Source of the DNA: Nitrosococcus oceani ATCC 19707
GTDB lineage: Bacteria > Pseudomonadota > Gammaproteobacteria > Nitrosococcales > Nitrosococcaceae
Length of the DNA stretch: 32,000 bases
NCBI RefSeq assembly: GCF_000012805.1
Contig: NC_007484.1
Coordinates: 2,040,001-2,072,000, forward strand
Direction of reading: 5' to 3'
This document shows, piece by piece, positions 23,150 through 31,069 of this stretch. Each line of letters opens with the position of its first letter. The first letter of the stretch is position 1. The position numbers were made by a program, and so were the translations under genes. The notes below the pieces were generated by a model. That model was given only the letters and a program-made list of their open reading frames with translations. It was not told the DNA's origin and made no database searches.

Positions 23150-25243
23150 CTACCAATTCAGCGCATAACTGATGCGGACGGTGCGGCCCGGACCTGTAGA
23201 GAAAGCATAGGGTAAGCGGCCAGCCTGACTAACAAGGGGGAAATAATCGTTATTGAGCAAGTTTTTCACCGCCACGCCCAAATAACCTGGCCCCACTTTA
23301 AAGCGGCTGATCAAATCAACGATGGTGTAGTCATCCACCTCACCGCCGCCGAATTGAGTCGAATCCGGGCTTCGATCACCCACATACAGCACCTGCATCC
23401 GGTTATCCCACCACCTCCAAGGGCTATATTCCAGGAAACCGGTTAATTTCACCGGTGGAACACGGGTGTTGGGCAAATCTTCTTCATAGTCGTCATCATC
23501 ATTGAGATCCACTTCACCGGCTACCCAGGTAACAGTGCCACCGGTATTCCACTGAGAGTTGAAGCGGTAAGCCAGAGTGCCCTCAGCGCCCCAGATGCGC
23601 TCAGGCTGTTTCACGATACTCAGATCCTGGTTAAAAGTCGTCCCGTTATTGGAGGTGCTGTAGAAACCAGCGGCGGAAGCTTGTAGCGGGCCTCTGCCGC
23701 CCCGCAAGCCGATTTCGTAACTGTTGACCTTCTGTGCATTGGATTCAAGTTGGCCAGCGCTAGTAATGGATGAGTTCGCATCCCGGATAGCGCGACCAAT
23801 ATCTGCCACCGAAAAGCTCTGGGAAAAACTCCCGAATGCCTCAATTTCATCAGTCAGATAAAATACGGCGCTGGCATTGAAGAGAGGTTTGCCGTAATTT
23901 AGGGTATCACCTCGCACAAGCGTGCCGCCCCGATTGACTATATCGTCAATATCCACTGAAATATGTTCATATCGGAACCCCCCTCGCAGCAGGCCAAGGT
24001 CGCTCAACGGCAATTCCAATTCCAGAAAGCCCGCGAGAGCATTTTCCTGCATATTCGGAACCACCGTGGGACCATCTATACCCGCCTGAACGGTCTCATC
24101 CCGCAGAAAGTCGATCCCCCAAATGAGGCTAAAATCATAATCTCGCACAGCCAGGGGCGTATCAATGGTCAAGCGGGTGCCATATTTCTGTGACTGAATT
24201 TCAGTCTGGGCAAAACCAGGAAATTTGGAAAAACGCGCAGTCAAATCCCCATAGTAAGCATTGAGCTTAACGTGGCTACCCAGCAAGTCACGGTTAATGT
24301 AGTGCATGCTAGCAAGGGTATTGGTAGTACCGGGATCAGCAGCGTTGAAACTGCCTGGCACAGCGGGTGTTTTAATACCCTGATTCGGATCGCCGAAGGC
24401 GAAGGTAAAATCCGTGTCTTGCTTGATATTGAAATGGTTAACAAAAAACTGCAAACGCTGGCGATCTTGATCGAAATTGAAGCCGAATTTACCTAATATA
24501 TTGTATTCATTAGTATCCGCTAGTCCACCCTGGTTGCCGAGGGGATCGGGAGGAATGCGATCACCATCAGCATCGAAGTAGCCATTGCGCTGAATAAAGG
24601 TTCCGGAAGCCAAGTAATCAATATTATCCTTGGTGCCGGAAACTCGCTGGGTGGTTTGCCAAGCGGCGGAATCATCCAGGTGCTCGGTTGAAACGCGGAC
24701 GCTAGCTTGAGAATAGCCCGCCAGAGCCTCTTTAGCAGGCTTCTTGGTAATGATATTGATAAGCCCCCCAGCCGCGCCAAAGCCATAGGCTGCGGTCCCT
24801 CCCCGTATCACTTCGATGCGTTCTATCGCGTCCACGTCAATGGTGTTGAGATCCCGGCTGGATGATCGCAAGGGGGTAGACTGGGGAATACCATCAATCA
24901 ACACCAGGAAATCACGGCCCCGTAATGTCTGACTAAAAGAGGACAGCGCCTCCGAGCTAGGACCAAGGCCCGGCACAGTTTTCGCTAGGACATCACCTAA
25001 ATTCCGGGCTAGGCCCGCTTGTTGCTGGATTTCCTGGTTGGTCACCACAGTTACTGAACGAGTCAGTTGGGAGATAGGGGTTTCAGTACGGGTCGCCGTG
25101 ACCACCATCTGCTCCAGCCCCACGCTCTCATCCTCTGGAGCGTTCTGCGCCAGTGCACTACCTGGAAGAATCCCCCCCACAAGCAAAAAATTAACGATGG
25201 GTAAAATACGCCGCTTATTATTGGAATGAAATATTTTGGGCAT
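23150..25243 (-). CDS. TonB-dependent siderophore receptor
   Basis: It has a signal peptide, a TonB-box-like MVVTATR, plug-domain motifs (RVEVIRGGTAAYG), a long beta-barrel, and a C-terminal aromatic residue (...YALNW). Confidence 0.9.
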   Translation of the reverse strand: MPKIFHSNNKRRILPIVNFLLVGGILPGSALAQNAPEDESVGLEQMVVTATRTETPISQLTRSVTVVTNQEIQQQAGLARNLGDVLAKTVPGLGPSSEALSSFSQTLRGRDFLVLIDGIPQSTPLRSSSRDLNTIDVDAIERIEVIRGGTAAYGFGAAGGLINIITKKPAKEALAGYSQASVRVSTEHLDDSAAWQTTQRVSGTKDNIDYLASGTFIQRNGYFDADGDRIPPDPLGNQGGLADTNEYNILGKFGFNFDQDRQRLQFFVNHFNIKQDTDFTFAFGDPNQGIKTPAVPGSFNAADPGTTNTLASMHYINRDLLGSHVKLNAYYGDLTARFSKFPGFAQTEIQSQKYGTRLTIDTPLAVRDYDFSLIWGIDFLRDETVQAGIDGPTVVPNMQENALAGFLELELPLSDLGLLRGGFRYEHISVDIDDIVNRGGTLVRGDTLNYGKPLFNASAVFYLTDEIEAFGSFSQSFSVADIGRAIRDANSSITSAGQLESNAQKVNSYEIGLRGGRGPLQASAAGFYSTSNNGTTFNQDLSIVKQPERIWGAEGTLAYRFNSQWNTGGTVTWVAGEVDLNDDDDYEEDLPNTRVPPVKLTGFLEYSPWRWWDNRMQVLYVGDRSPDSTQFGGGEVDDYTIVDLISRFKVGPGYLGVAVKNLLNNDYFPLVSQAGRLPYAFSTGPGRTVRISYALNW

Positions 25244-25278
25244 CTTGTTTTTAGAAATATAGAAAGTAATTATTAATT

Positions 25279-25297
25279 GCTAATGATTAGCTTTTAC
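25279..25297. promoter_or_regulatory. Fur-box-like site upstream of the TonB-dependent receptor gene
   Basis: GCTAATGATTAGCTTTTAC matches the 19-bp Fur consensus GATAATGATAATCATTATC at 13 of 19 positions (hand count). It contains the perfect dyad GCTAAT-G-ATTAGC. It lies 36-54 nt upstream of the ATG at 25243. Confidence 0.35.
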
Positions 25298-25340
25298 ATT
25301 ATCTAGCATATTATTATGCACGTCAATATAAGTACTATGA

Positions 25341-25520
25341 ATGCTTGAAAAAAGCCAGTGCCCCGACGGTATTCAGTCAGAAGCTAGGGGACAAAATACA
25401 GCGTTCAAAATTTTCTTTGTAGGCAGGGCAAAATACCCCTGCTTCAAAAGGAAGGTTCAACGGCAGCTATCGCGCAAGGTTGAAGGCAGTCAACAGAACG
25501 GCTCCATAAGCTTATGGCTG
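25341..25520 (+). pseudogene. N-terminal fragment of an IS200/IS605-type tnpB (orfB)
   Basis: The plus-frame translation ...SEARGQNTAFKIFFVGRAKYPCFKRKVQRQLSRKV... fits the TnpB pattern ..AF.NFF....a.yP.FK.K....S.r. The upstream ~90 codons and the downstream RuvC core are missing. Confidence 0.45.
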
Positions 25521-25540
25521 ACTTATACCATTCCTAATAA

Positions 25541-26230
25541 TTAGGGCTCCCAAGTAGCCCAGGAGCGCGTACCCAACTGGTGGAGTGTGCCGGGGAGCGC
25601 GGTGAGCCCATTCCAAGCCTGGCAACAGGCCTGCATAAAGTCCTCATCGTTCTTAAAGCATCGGTTAGCAAGGTAACGCTGGCGAAGTTGTCGCCACAGC
25701 AACTCCACGGGGTTGAGCTCCGGGGAAGCGGGCGGGAGCTTTAGCAGCGAAAGGTTGTTCCTCCCTTCGGCCGCCCGTTCCATCGACGAGGACGACCGCA
25801 TGAGGGCCTTCGGACACTCGCTCGGAATCAGCGAAGTTTTTTTAAACGCCTCTTGCGCCTGGGAATTTCGCTGGGGTGCTTGGAACGGGCGCTGATCCAG
25901 GAGAACCCGGCCCGGTGCACTACCCCCTACACCCCGCTAAGGGAGTACGCCACGCCAAAGGGTTCAGCGAGCAAGGTCCGGAGCTCTTCTCCCCTGAGCC
26001 GTCCACCCGAGCCCTTCGCCTGTGCTTGGGCTAGGAGGGGCTCCTGTTCAGCTTTCAACCGCCCTTTAGCTCCACGACCCGGCTGCTCGGCCATTCCCTC
26101 TACACCCTCGGCCCTAAAATGCCTGAGCCACTTTAGCACCGTCTTCTCATGGACCTGGAGCATCATCCCCTCTTCCCAAGGGCTTTGCCCCTTCTGAAAA
26201 TGCGCCAAGGCCAACCACCCCACTTGGAAT
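25541..26230 (-). mobile_element. Decayed IS630-family transposase gene (HTH part plus C-terminal part; internal deletion and frameshift)
   Basis: The 25927-26230 minus frame reads VHEKTVLKWLRHFRAEGVEGMAEQPGRGAKGRL...LAEPFGVAYSLSGVYRGVVHRAGFSW (HTH and linker). The 25541-25800 minus frame reads LKLPPASPELNPVELLWRQLRQRYLANRCF (the LPPYSPELNP-type motif after the second catalytic Asp). Only about 130 bp separate the two parts, where about 400-500 bp of DDE core are expected. Confidence 0.65.
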
Positions 26231-26472
26231 ATTAAGATCAAGCGGTATGGCCAAGAGTTCTTCCAGGTGGACACCCACAAGTAAAGTATGTTCGGTGTGA
26301 GGAACCATGCAAGAGTCCATGCCATTGAAAGTCAGAGTGGAGTTGTGAGTGTGGCGTTACCCATAATCGGAATATCAATGCGGCCAGGAATATTTTGAGT
26401 TTAGCTACCAGCAGGAGGCCAGGAAGATATCCGCGTGGAAGGGTACACAAACCGGAGGCAGTAACCGTATGA
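26198..26472 (+). pseudogene. C-terminal fragment of tnpB (zinc finger and RuvC-III region), with a nonsense codon and frameshifts
   Basis: Three plus frames were read and joined by hand: KIKRYGQEFFQVD / TSKVCSV*GTMQESMPLKV / WSCECGVTHNRNINAARNILS. This reproduces the TnpB pattern yTSq.Cs.CG......R.w.C..CG...DRD.NAA.NIL. A TGA (26298-26300) replaces the second Cys, and Asn replaces the catalytic Asp. Confidence 0.55.
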
Positions 26473-26640
26473 TTACCGCCTATGGCCTCCGGCGAAACGC
26501 GGATTGTAGCAAGGCGAGCGAGTTTGTTGGGAACAAACGAGTGAGACTTAGCCGTAAACTCCAAAAGGTTTCTCCAAGCCCATCAAGCTATACCGATCCC
26601 CGCTACTGCTCCGCATAAGCGAAATAACTAGAGCTACCTA
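26400..26640 (+). ncRNA. Hairpin-rich tract where the omega-RNA (right-end RNA) scaffold of the tnpB element would be expected; probably a relic
   Basis: It starts in the tnpB 3' end and runs to just before the next gene. It contains a perfect 8-bp stem ccggaggc/gcctccgg (26452-26459 / 26485-26492) and the hairpin gtttgtt-ggg-aacaaac (26522-26538). The call rests on position and structure only, with no covariance evidence. Confidence 0.2.
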
Positions 26641-26681
26641 TCTCCTGAAGGATGGAAGCAGATTTCTTAAGAATGACATTG

Positions 26682-27470
26682 TCATTGAACTCTTTGTTGG
26701 TCGAGTTGTGTTACTTGGGGCAAGTCGTAGCCATCTCGGGCTAAATACATCACCATGCTGACACTTCCATCCGCTTGCTGTTCATAGAGATAATTAATCT
26801 GAGGAAGCGCCTCAGCCATTTGCATGGGAAACTGAAGTTGAAATTCCTCAGCGACGGCGGCATCCTGATGATTGACAGCAACGCGACATAATGTTGCGCG
26901 GCAATCCACATCTTCTAAGTTAGTTTTTGTCTGCTCCCCTTTCTCTAAATGCTGAGTAATCAGGCCGCTCGTCTTAGTTGACCATTGAGGATCAATATTC
27001 TCTGATAAAAAAACACGCTCCATGATTTCCATGCGCTTACGATATTTATAATCCTCTTCCTCGGCCGCCGCGATCATGTCTTGCTCAGTAAGCTGCGCCG
27101 AAGCAGGGGAATCCCCTTCATTCTCTACATTACTACCGTATTCGCCTTTACCAGGAAGGCTTTCAACTCTTCCCCGCAAAACCATAACTTCTTTCTTTAG
27201 CTTCACTATTTCCTGTTGCAAACGGTTTGAGCTAGTACTTGTTTGCTTTAAGGCAGCCAGCTCCATCTTGAGTAGAGCCATCTCTTGCTCTAAAGCCACT
27301 AAGGAAGGAACAGATTCATCCCCCTCATCATTCCTTACGCCCTCCTCCGTTAATATCATGTTGCTCGAATGCGAAGTTACATCGTCTGGAGTACTAAACA
27401 AAGTGATATAAACGCCGATAGATAGCACAGCAAGACCGCTAATAACGATCAAGAGGTGGAATGTTTTCAA
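26682..27470 (-). CDS. Hypothetical membrane-anchored coiled-coil protein
   Basis: 262-aa ORF with an N-terminal TM segment (LLIVISGLAVLSIGVYITLF) and a heptad-like stretch (LEQEMALLKMELAALKQ...LQQEIVKLKKEVMVLRGRVE). The C-terminal domain has a CRATLC pair. I recognise no family. GC is lower than in the neighbouring genes. Confidence 0.5.
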   Translation of the reverse strand: MKTFHLLIVISGLAVLSIGVYITLFSTPDDVTSHSSNMILTEEGVRNDEGDESVPSLVALEQEMALLKMELAALKQTSTSSNRLQQEIVKLKKEVMVLRGRVESLPGKGEYGSNVENEGDSPASAQLTEQDMIAAAEEEDYKYRKRMEIMERVFLSENIDPQWSTKTSGLITQHLEKGEQTKTNLEDVDCRATLCRVAVNHQDAAVAEEFQLQFPMQMAEALPQINYLYEQQADGSVSMVMYLARDGYDLPQVTQLDQQRVQ

Positions 27471-27520
27471 TAGGTACTCTCCCCCTTTATATCACCCGGA
27501 TGATGCATCCACTAATCCTT

Positions 27521-27604
27521 CTCACCTATCCAGATAATATTCAAGACACCTTGGGGAAAAATAGCAGTAGTACATCGAATAGCTACCCCAATAATCATCA
27601 CCGG
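27521..27604. repeat. Diverged duplicate of the 3' end of the 27598-28065 gene (copy of 27616-27700)
   Basis: ctcacctatccagataatattcaagacaccttgggg...ccccaataatcatcaccgg aligns with ctcacctacccagatagtattcaagacaccttggggg...ccccaataatcatcgtcgg. The offset is 95 bp and identity is roughly 85% by eye. The duplicate is out of frame. Confidence 0.6.
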
Positions 27605-28065
27605 TTGACATTCGTCTCACCTACCCAGATAGTATTCAAGACACCTTGGGGGGGAAGGTAACAATACATCGAATAACTGCCCCAATAATCATCGTCGGTG
27701 ATATTCGGAATCGAGAGCCAACCGCTATTAGTGCGGCTAGCTGTTCTAGACTGGCGCGTCGAACCATCCGCATTTTGACTAAACAGGACGCAACTAACGG
27801 TACCCGTCCCCGTGTAATACAGTGCTACCTTATCAGTACCATCAATATTGCCACTTTCATCCACTAGGACGGGGCAGGAAATATATCGACCAGCGTTGGC
27901 ATTATTTTTGATTCCATTGAAGCCGCGAGTAAAATCCCCCACCTCAGCACCATGATAATTATCACAATAACTGCCATTATAGGCATGCGCGTTTAGGGCA
28001 TAAGCGTTACCATAGAGGACGAAGCCTCCAAGTCCGACAAGCAATAGCAGCGTAATTGATTTCAT
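27598..28065 (-). CDS. Hypothetical small secreted protein
   Basis: 155-aa ORF with a clear signal peptide (MKSITLLLLVGLGGFVLYGNAYA) and four Cys in the mature part. I recognise no family. Confidence 0.55.
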   Translation of the reverse strand: MKSITLLLLVGLGGFVLYGNAYALNAHAYNGSYCDNYHGAEVGDFTRGFNGIKNNANAGRYISCPVLVDESGNIDGTDKVALYYTGTGTVSCVLFSQNADGSTRQSRTASRTNSGWLSIPNITDDDYWGSYSMYCYLPPQGVLNTIWVGETNVNR

Positions 28066-28344
28066 TTACCTTCTCCTTAGATAATGTAGTCATGAAAAAA
28101 TATGGAATTTCCGTAAAGAAATGGGGAAAGCTTATATGGCGGCATCATATCGTAGGCATGATATTTCAGACAAGAGGTAAGATTGTTCGAGGCGCATTTG
28201 CAGGGCCACAAGGGCTGTTGGGGCCCCAACAAGAGATAACCTGCTCGGGTAAGAGATTGGCGGGTTACCAAACAGCTATTCTCTATCATCTTTCCCGTAA
28301 TATTTCCTTTACCAAATACTGATGATGTATTTACGGACACTCCT

Positions 28345-31038
28345 TCAACGCTCCATTTCTTTTTTACGCCAGAACAAAGGAATGTCCTTGCGGTAGTGGC
28401 GCAGGATTAAATTGGCGGCTAAACCGCTCCAGCCGGTCTGATGGGCCGCGCCTAAACCTTGCCCGGTCTCGCCATGAAAATATTCACAAAATAGCAGCAA
28501 ATCCTGCCAGTGGGGATCATTTTGGAAGGGGCTATCCGCCGGAAAGAGAGGCCGGTTGCCCTGGGGTGAGCGGCGAAAAATATTCGCTAGACGGTCCGCG
28601 AGCAGGTGGGAAATAGCTTGCAGGGTCAATTCCTGGCCTCCGAGGCATGGCACCGGGACTTTAAAATTATCCCCCAAATAACGGTGAAATTTTTCTAAGG
28701 TCTGGAGCAAGTAATAATTGGCAGGCATCCATATTGGCCCGCGCCAGTTGGAGTTGCCGCCAAATAGGGGCGATCGCGACTCGCCAGGCTCATACTTAAT
28801 GAGCGCCTCGCCAATCCCCGGCAGCATCCCCAGATCGTGCTGGGTGGCATGGAGACGACTCAGGCTGCGGATACCATAAGGAGATAAGAATTCCTCCTCC
28901 CTCAATAACCGCTGCAACAGAGCGGGTAACATGGTGTGGTCCACTAGGGATAAAAGATGCTCGCCCCGATCATTAACCCGCGCTGGGCAAGCGCAAATCG
29001 TATGGCCATCAAAAAATCCTCCTGGGTACCTCTCTAATAGGGCCTGAAAGCGGGGCGCCTTGGCAAGCAAGCGGGAATCGACAATCTCACAGGCAAAAAG
29101 GGGAATGAGTCCCACCCAGGAAAACACATCAATGCGCCGGTACTGACCGTTTGGCTCCAGAATAAGATCCTTGAAAAAATTGTCCTTGGGATCCCACAGG
29201 GAGGGGCCATCGGCACTATGGCCGCCAATCACATTGGCAATCGCCAGAAACTGGGCATAACATTGAATGGCGATGTCCTCGTAACCCGGGTCCTCGGTGG
29301 TAATTTCCAAAGCCATGACCGTGAGATTTAAGGCGAACATGGCCATCCAGCCCGTAGCGTCCGCTTGCTTCAGTCGATAGCCCGGCGGCAGGGGCTGGGA
29401 ACGATCATAGACCGAAATATTGTCCAGTCCCAGAAACCCGCCCTCAAACAAACCGTTTCCTTCACTATCCTTGCGATTGAGCCACCAGGCATAGTACAGC
29501 AGGAGTTTGTGTAGCACCCGTTGCAGGAAGCCCAAATCGCCTTGGCCCCGTTGGACCCGCTCGGCCCGAAAGACCTTGAGGGCGCCGGCGGCATGGACCG
29601 GTGGGTTCACATCGCCAAAGGCCCACTCATAGGCAGGAATCTGCCCATTAGGGTGTAAATAATCTTCCCGCAATAGCAACTCCATCTGCCGTTTGGCAAA
29701 ATCCACGTCCATCAAGGCCAGCACACCGCAGTGAAAGGTGAGATCCCAAGCGGCAAACCAAGGAAATTCCCAGCTATCGGGGACCGAAAGCACATCGGCC
29801 GCCTTGAAATGCCGCCATCGCCGGTTACGTCCCTTCTTCCGGTTTGCCGGTGGCGGAAATTGGTCCCCGTCCAGCCAGCGGGCTACATCGTAATGAAAAA
29901 ATTGCTTGTTCCAAATCATCCCTGCCAGGGCTTGGCGCAAAATCTGCTGGTCCTCGCCAGTCCCCTCCGGCAGTAATTGCCGAAAAAAATCATCCGCCTC
30001 GGCTTGCCGTTGGGTTAACCTTTCAGAAAACCCGGCAAAAGGAGCTTCCAGGGGCTGGGCCGAGAGCATGAGTTCCATGCTTGCTTGCCCTCCGCCTACC
30101 ACTGTCACTTGATGCCAAGCGGCAAACTTTGTCCCCTCCCCGGCTTCATTAACTGCCTTTTCCTCCCCCTGGATCACATAGCGGTGAAAAGCATCTTTTA
30201 CCCAGGGCGAAGGGTTGGGCTGATCCCATAAACGCTGGGCATGACTTTCATTTTCCGTGTAGAGACTCTGGGCAACTTGCCGTCCATAGAGAAAATAGGT
30301 TCCCAGGGTGGGATGCACGGCACGCACCGCCCACTCTGCGCCCCCTGGAGCCGGGATCCCCTGCAAGCGGGGTTTTTCCTCTTCCCCACCCCAGGACCAG
30401 GTGTTCCGGAACCATAGCGTGGGCAAGAGATGGAGGGTGGCTTCCTCTGGACCACGATTGTGGGCCAGGATCCGCATCTGGATCTGCGCCGGCGTTACCT
30501 TGGCATATTGGACCGCCACATCCCAGTAACGGCTATCGTCAAAAACCCCCATATCCAGCAGATTTAACGTAGGCTGCTCCCGGCTTCGCCGGGCGTTTTC
30601 CGCCACGATTTGAGCATAAGGATACTCGGCCTGAGGATATTTATAGAGATAATGCAACCAACTATGGCTAGGGGTTCCATCCAGGTAAAAATAGTATTCC
30701 TTCACATCTTCCCCATGATTGCCCTGGTTACCGGTCAGACCAAAGGCCCGTTCCTTGAGAATAGGATCGCAGCCATTCCACAGGGCCAGGGCCAAACACA
30801 ACCGCTGTTGTTCATCGCAGATACCGCCCATGCCGTCCTCGCTCCAGCGATAGGCTCTGGAGCGGGCTTGATCATGGTCAAAATATTCCCAGGCGGTGCC
30901 CGCTGGGCTATAGTCTTCCCGCACGGTGCCCCAGGCCCGCTCGGCCAAGTAAGGTCCCCACAGGGACCAATTCTCCTGGCCCTGGCGCTGAGCGGCAAGA
31001 CGCTGCTGTTCGGCTGGAATTATTTTTTTCTCGGCCAT
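28345..31038 (-). CDS. GH63-like (MGH1-type) glucosidase
   Basis: 897-aa ORF. The N-terminus WSLWGPYLAERAWGTVREDYSPAGTAWEYFDHDQARSRAYRWSEDGMGGICD and the C-terminal (alpha/alpha)6-type region resemble the roughly 880-900 aa bacterial proteins annotated as glucosidase or MGH1-like glycoside hydrolase. The call is from memory of that family. Confidence 0.7.
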   Translation of the reverse strand: MAEKKIIPAEQQRLAAQRQGQENWSLWGPYLAERAWGTVREDYSPAGTAWEYFDHDQARSRAYRWSEDGMGGICDEQQRLCLALALWNGCDPILKERAFGLTGNQGNHGEDVKEYYFYLDGTPSHSWLHYLYKYPQAEYPYAQIVAENARRSREQPTLNLLDMGVFDDSRYWDVAVQYAKVTPAQIQMRILAHNRGPEEATLHLLPTLWFRNTWSWGGEEEKPRLQGIPAPGGAEWAVRAVHPTLGTYFLYGRQVAQSLYTENESHAQRLWDQPNPSPWVKDAFHRYVIQGEEKAVNEAGEGTKFAAWHQVTVVGGGQASMELMLSAQPLEAPFAGFSERLTQRQAEADDFFRQLLPEGTGEDQQILRQALAGMIWNKQFFHYDVARWLDGDQFPPPANRKKGRNRRWRHFKAADVLSVPDSWEFPWFAAWDLTFHCGVLALMDVDFAKRQMELLLREDYLHPNGQIPAYEWAFGDVNPPVHAAGALKVFRAERVQRGQGDLGFLQRVLHKLLLYYAWWLNRKDSEGNGLFEGGFLGLDNISVYDRSQPLPPGYRLKQADATGWMAMFALNLTVMALEITTEDPGYEDIAIQCYAQFLAIANVIGGHSADGPSLWDPKDNFFKDLILEPNGQYRRIDVFSWVGLIPLFACEIVDSRLLAKAPRFQALLERYPGGFFDGHTICACPARVNDRGEHLLSLVDHTMLPALLQRLLREEEFLSPYGIRSLSRLHATQHDLGMLPGIGEALIKYEPGESRSPLFGGNSNWRGPIWMPANYYLLQTLEKFHRYLGDNFKVPVPCLGGQELTLQAISHLLADRLANIFRRSPQGNRPLFPADSPFQNDPHWQDLLLFCEYFHGETGQGLGAAHQTGWSGLAANLILRHYRKDIPLFWRKKEMER

Positions 31039-31069
31039 GGGGCGCTCCCGTTATTTTAGTGATTTATCT

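Noticed and set aside
26238-26564. A 108-aa minus-strand ORF.
   Set aside because: Its composition is not protein-like. The region is better explained by tnpB C-terminal fragments on the opposite strand and the structured tract after them.
28216-28231. A perfect 16-bp palindrome TGTTGGGGCCCCAACA between the glucosidase stop and the secreted-protein gene.
   Set aside because: No U-tract follows on either strand, so it is not a convincing intrinsic terminator. It occurs once, and there is no other evidence for a binding site.
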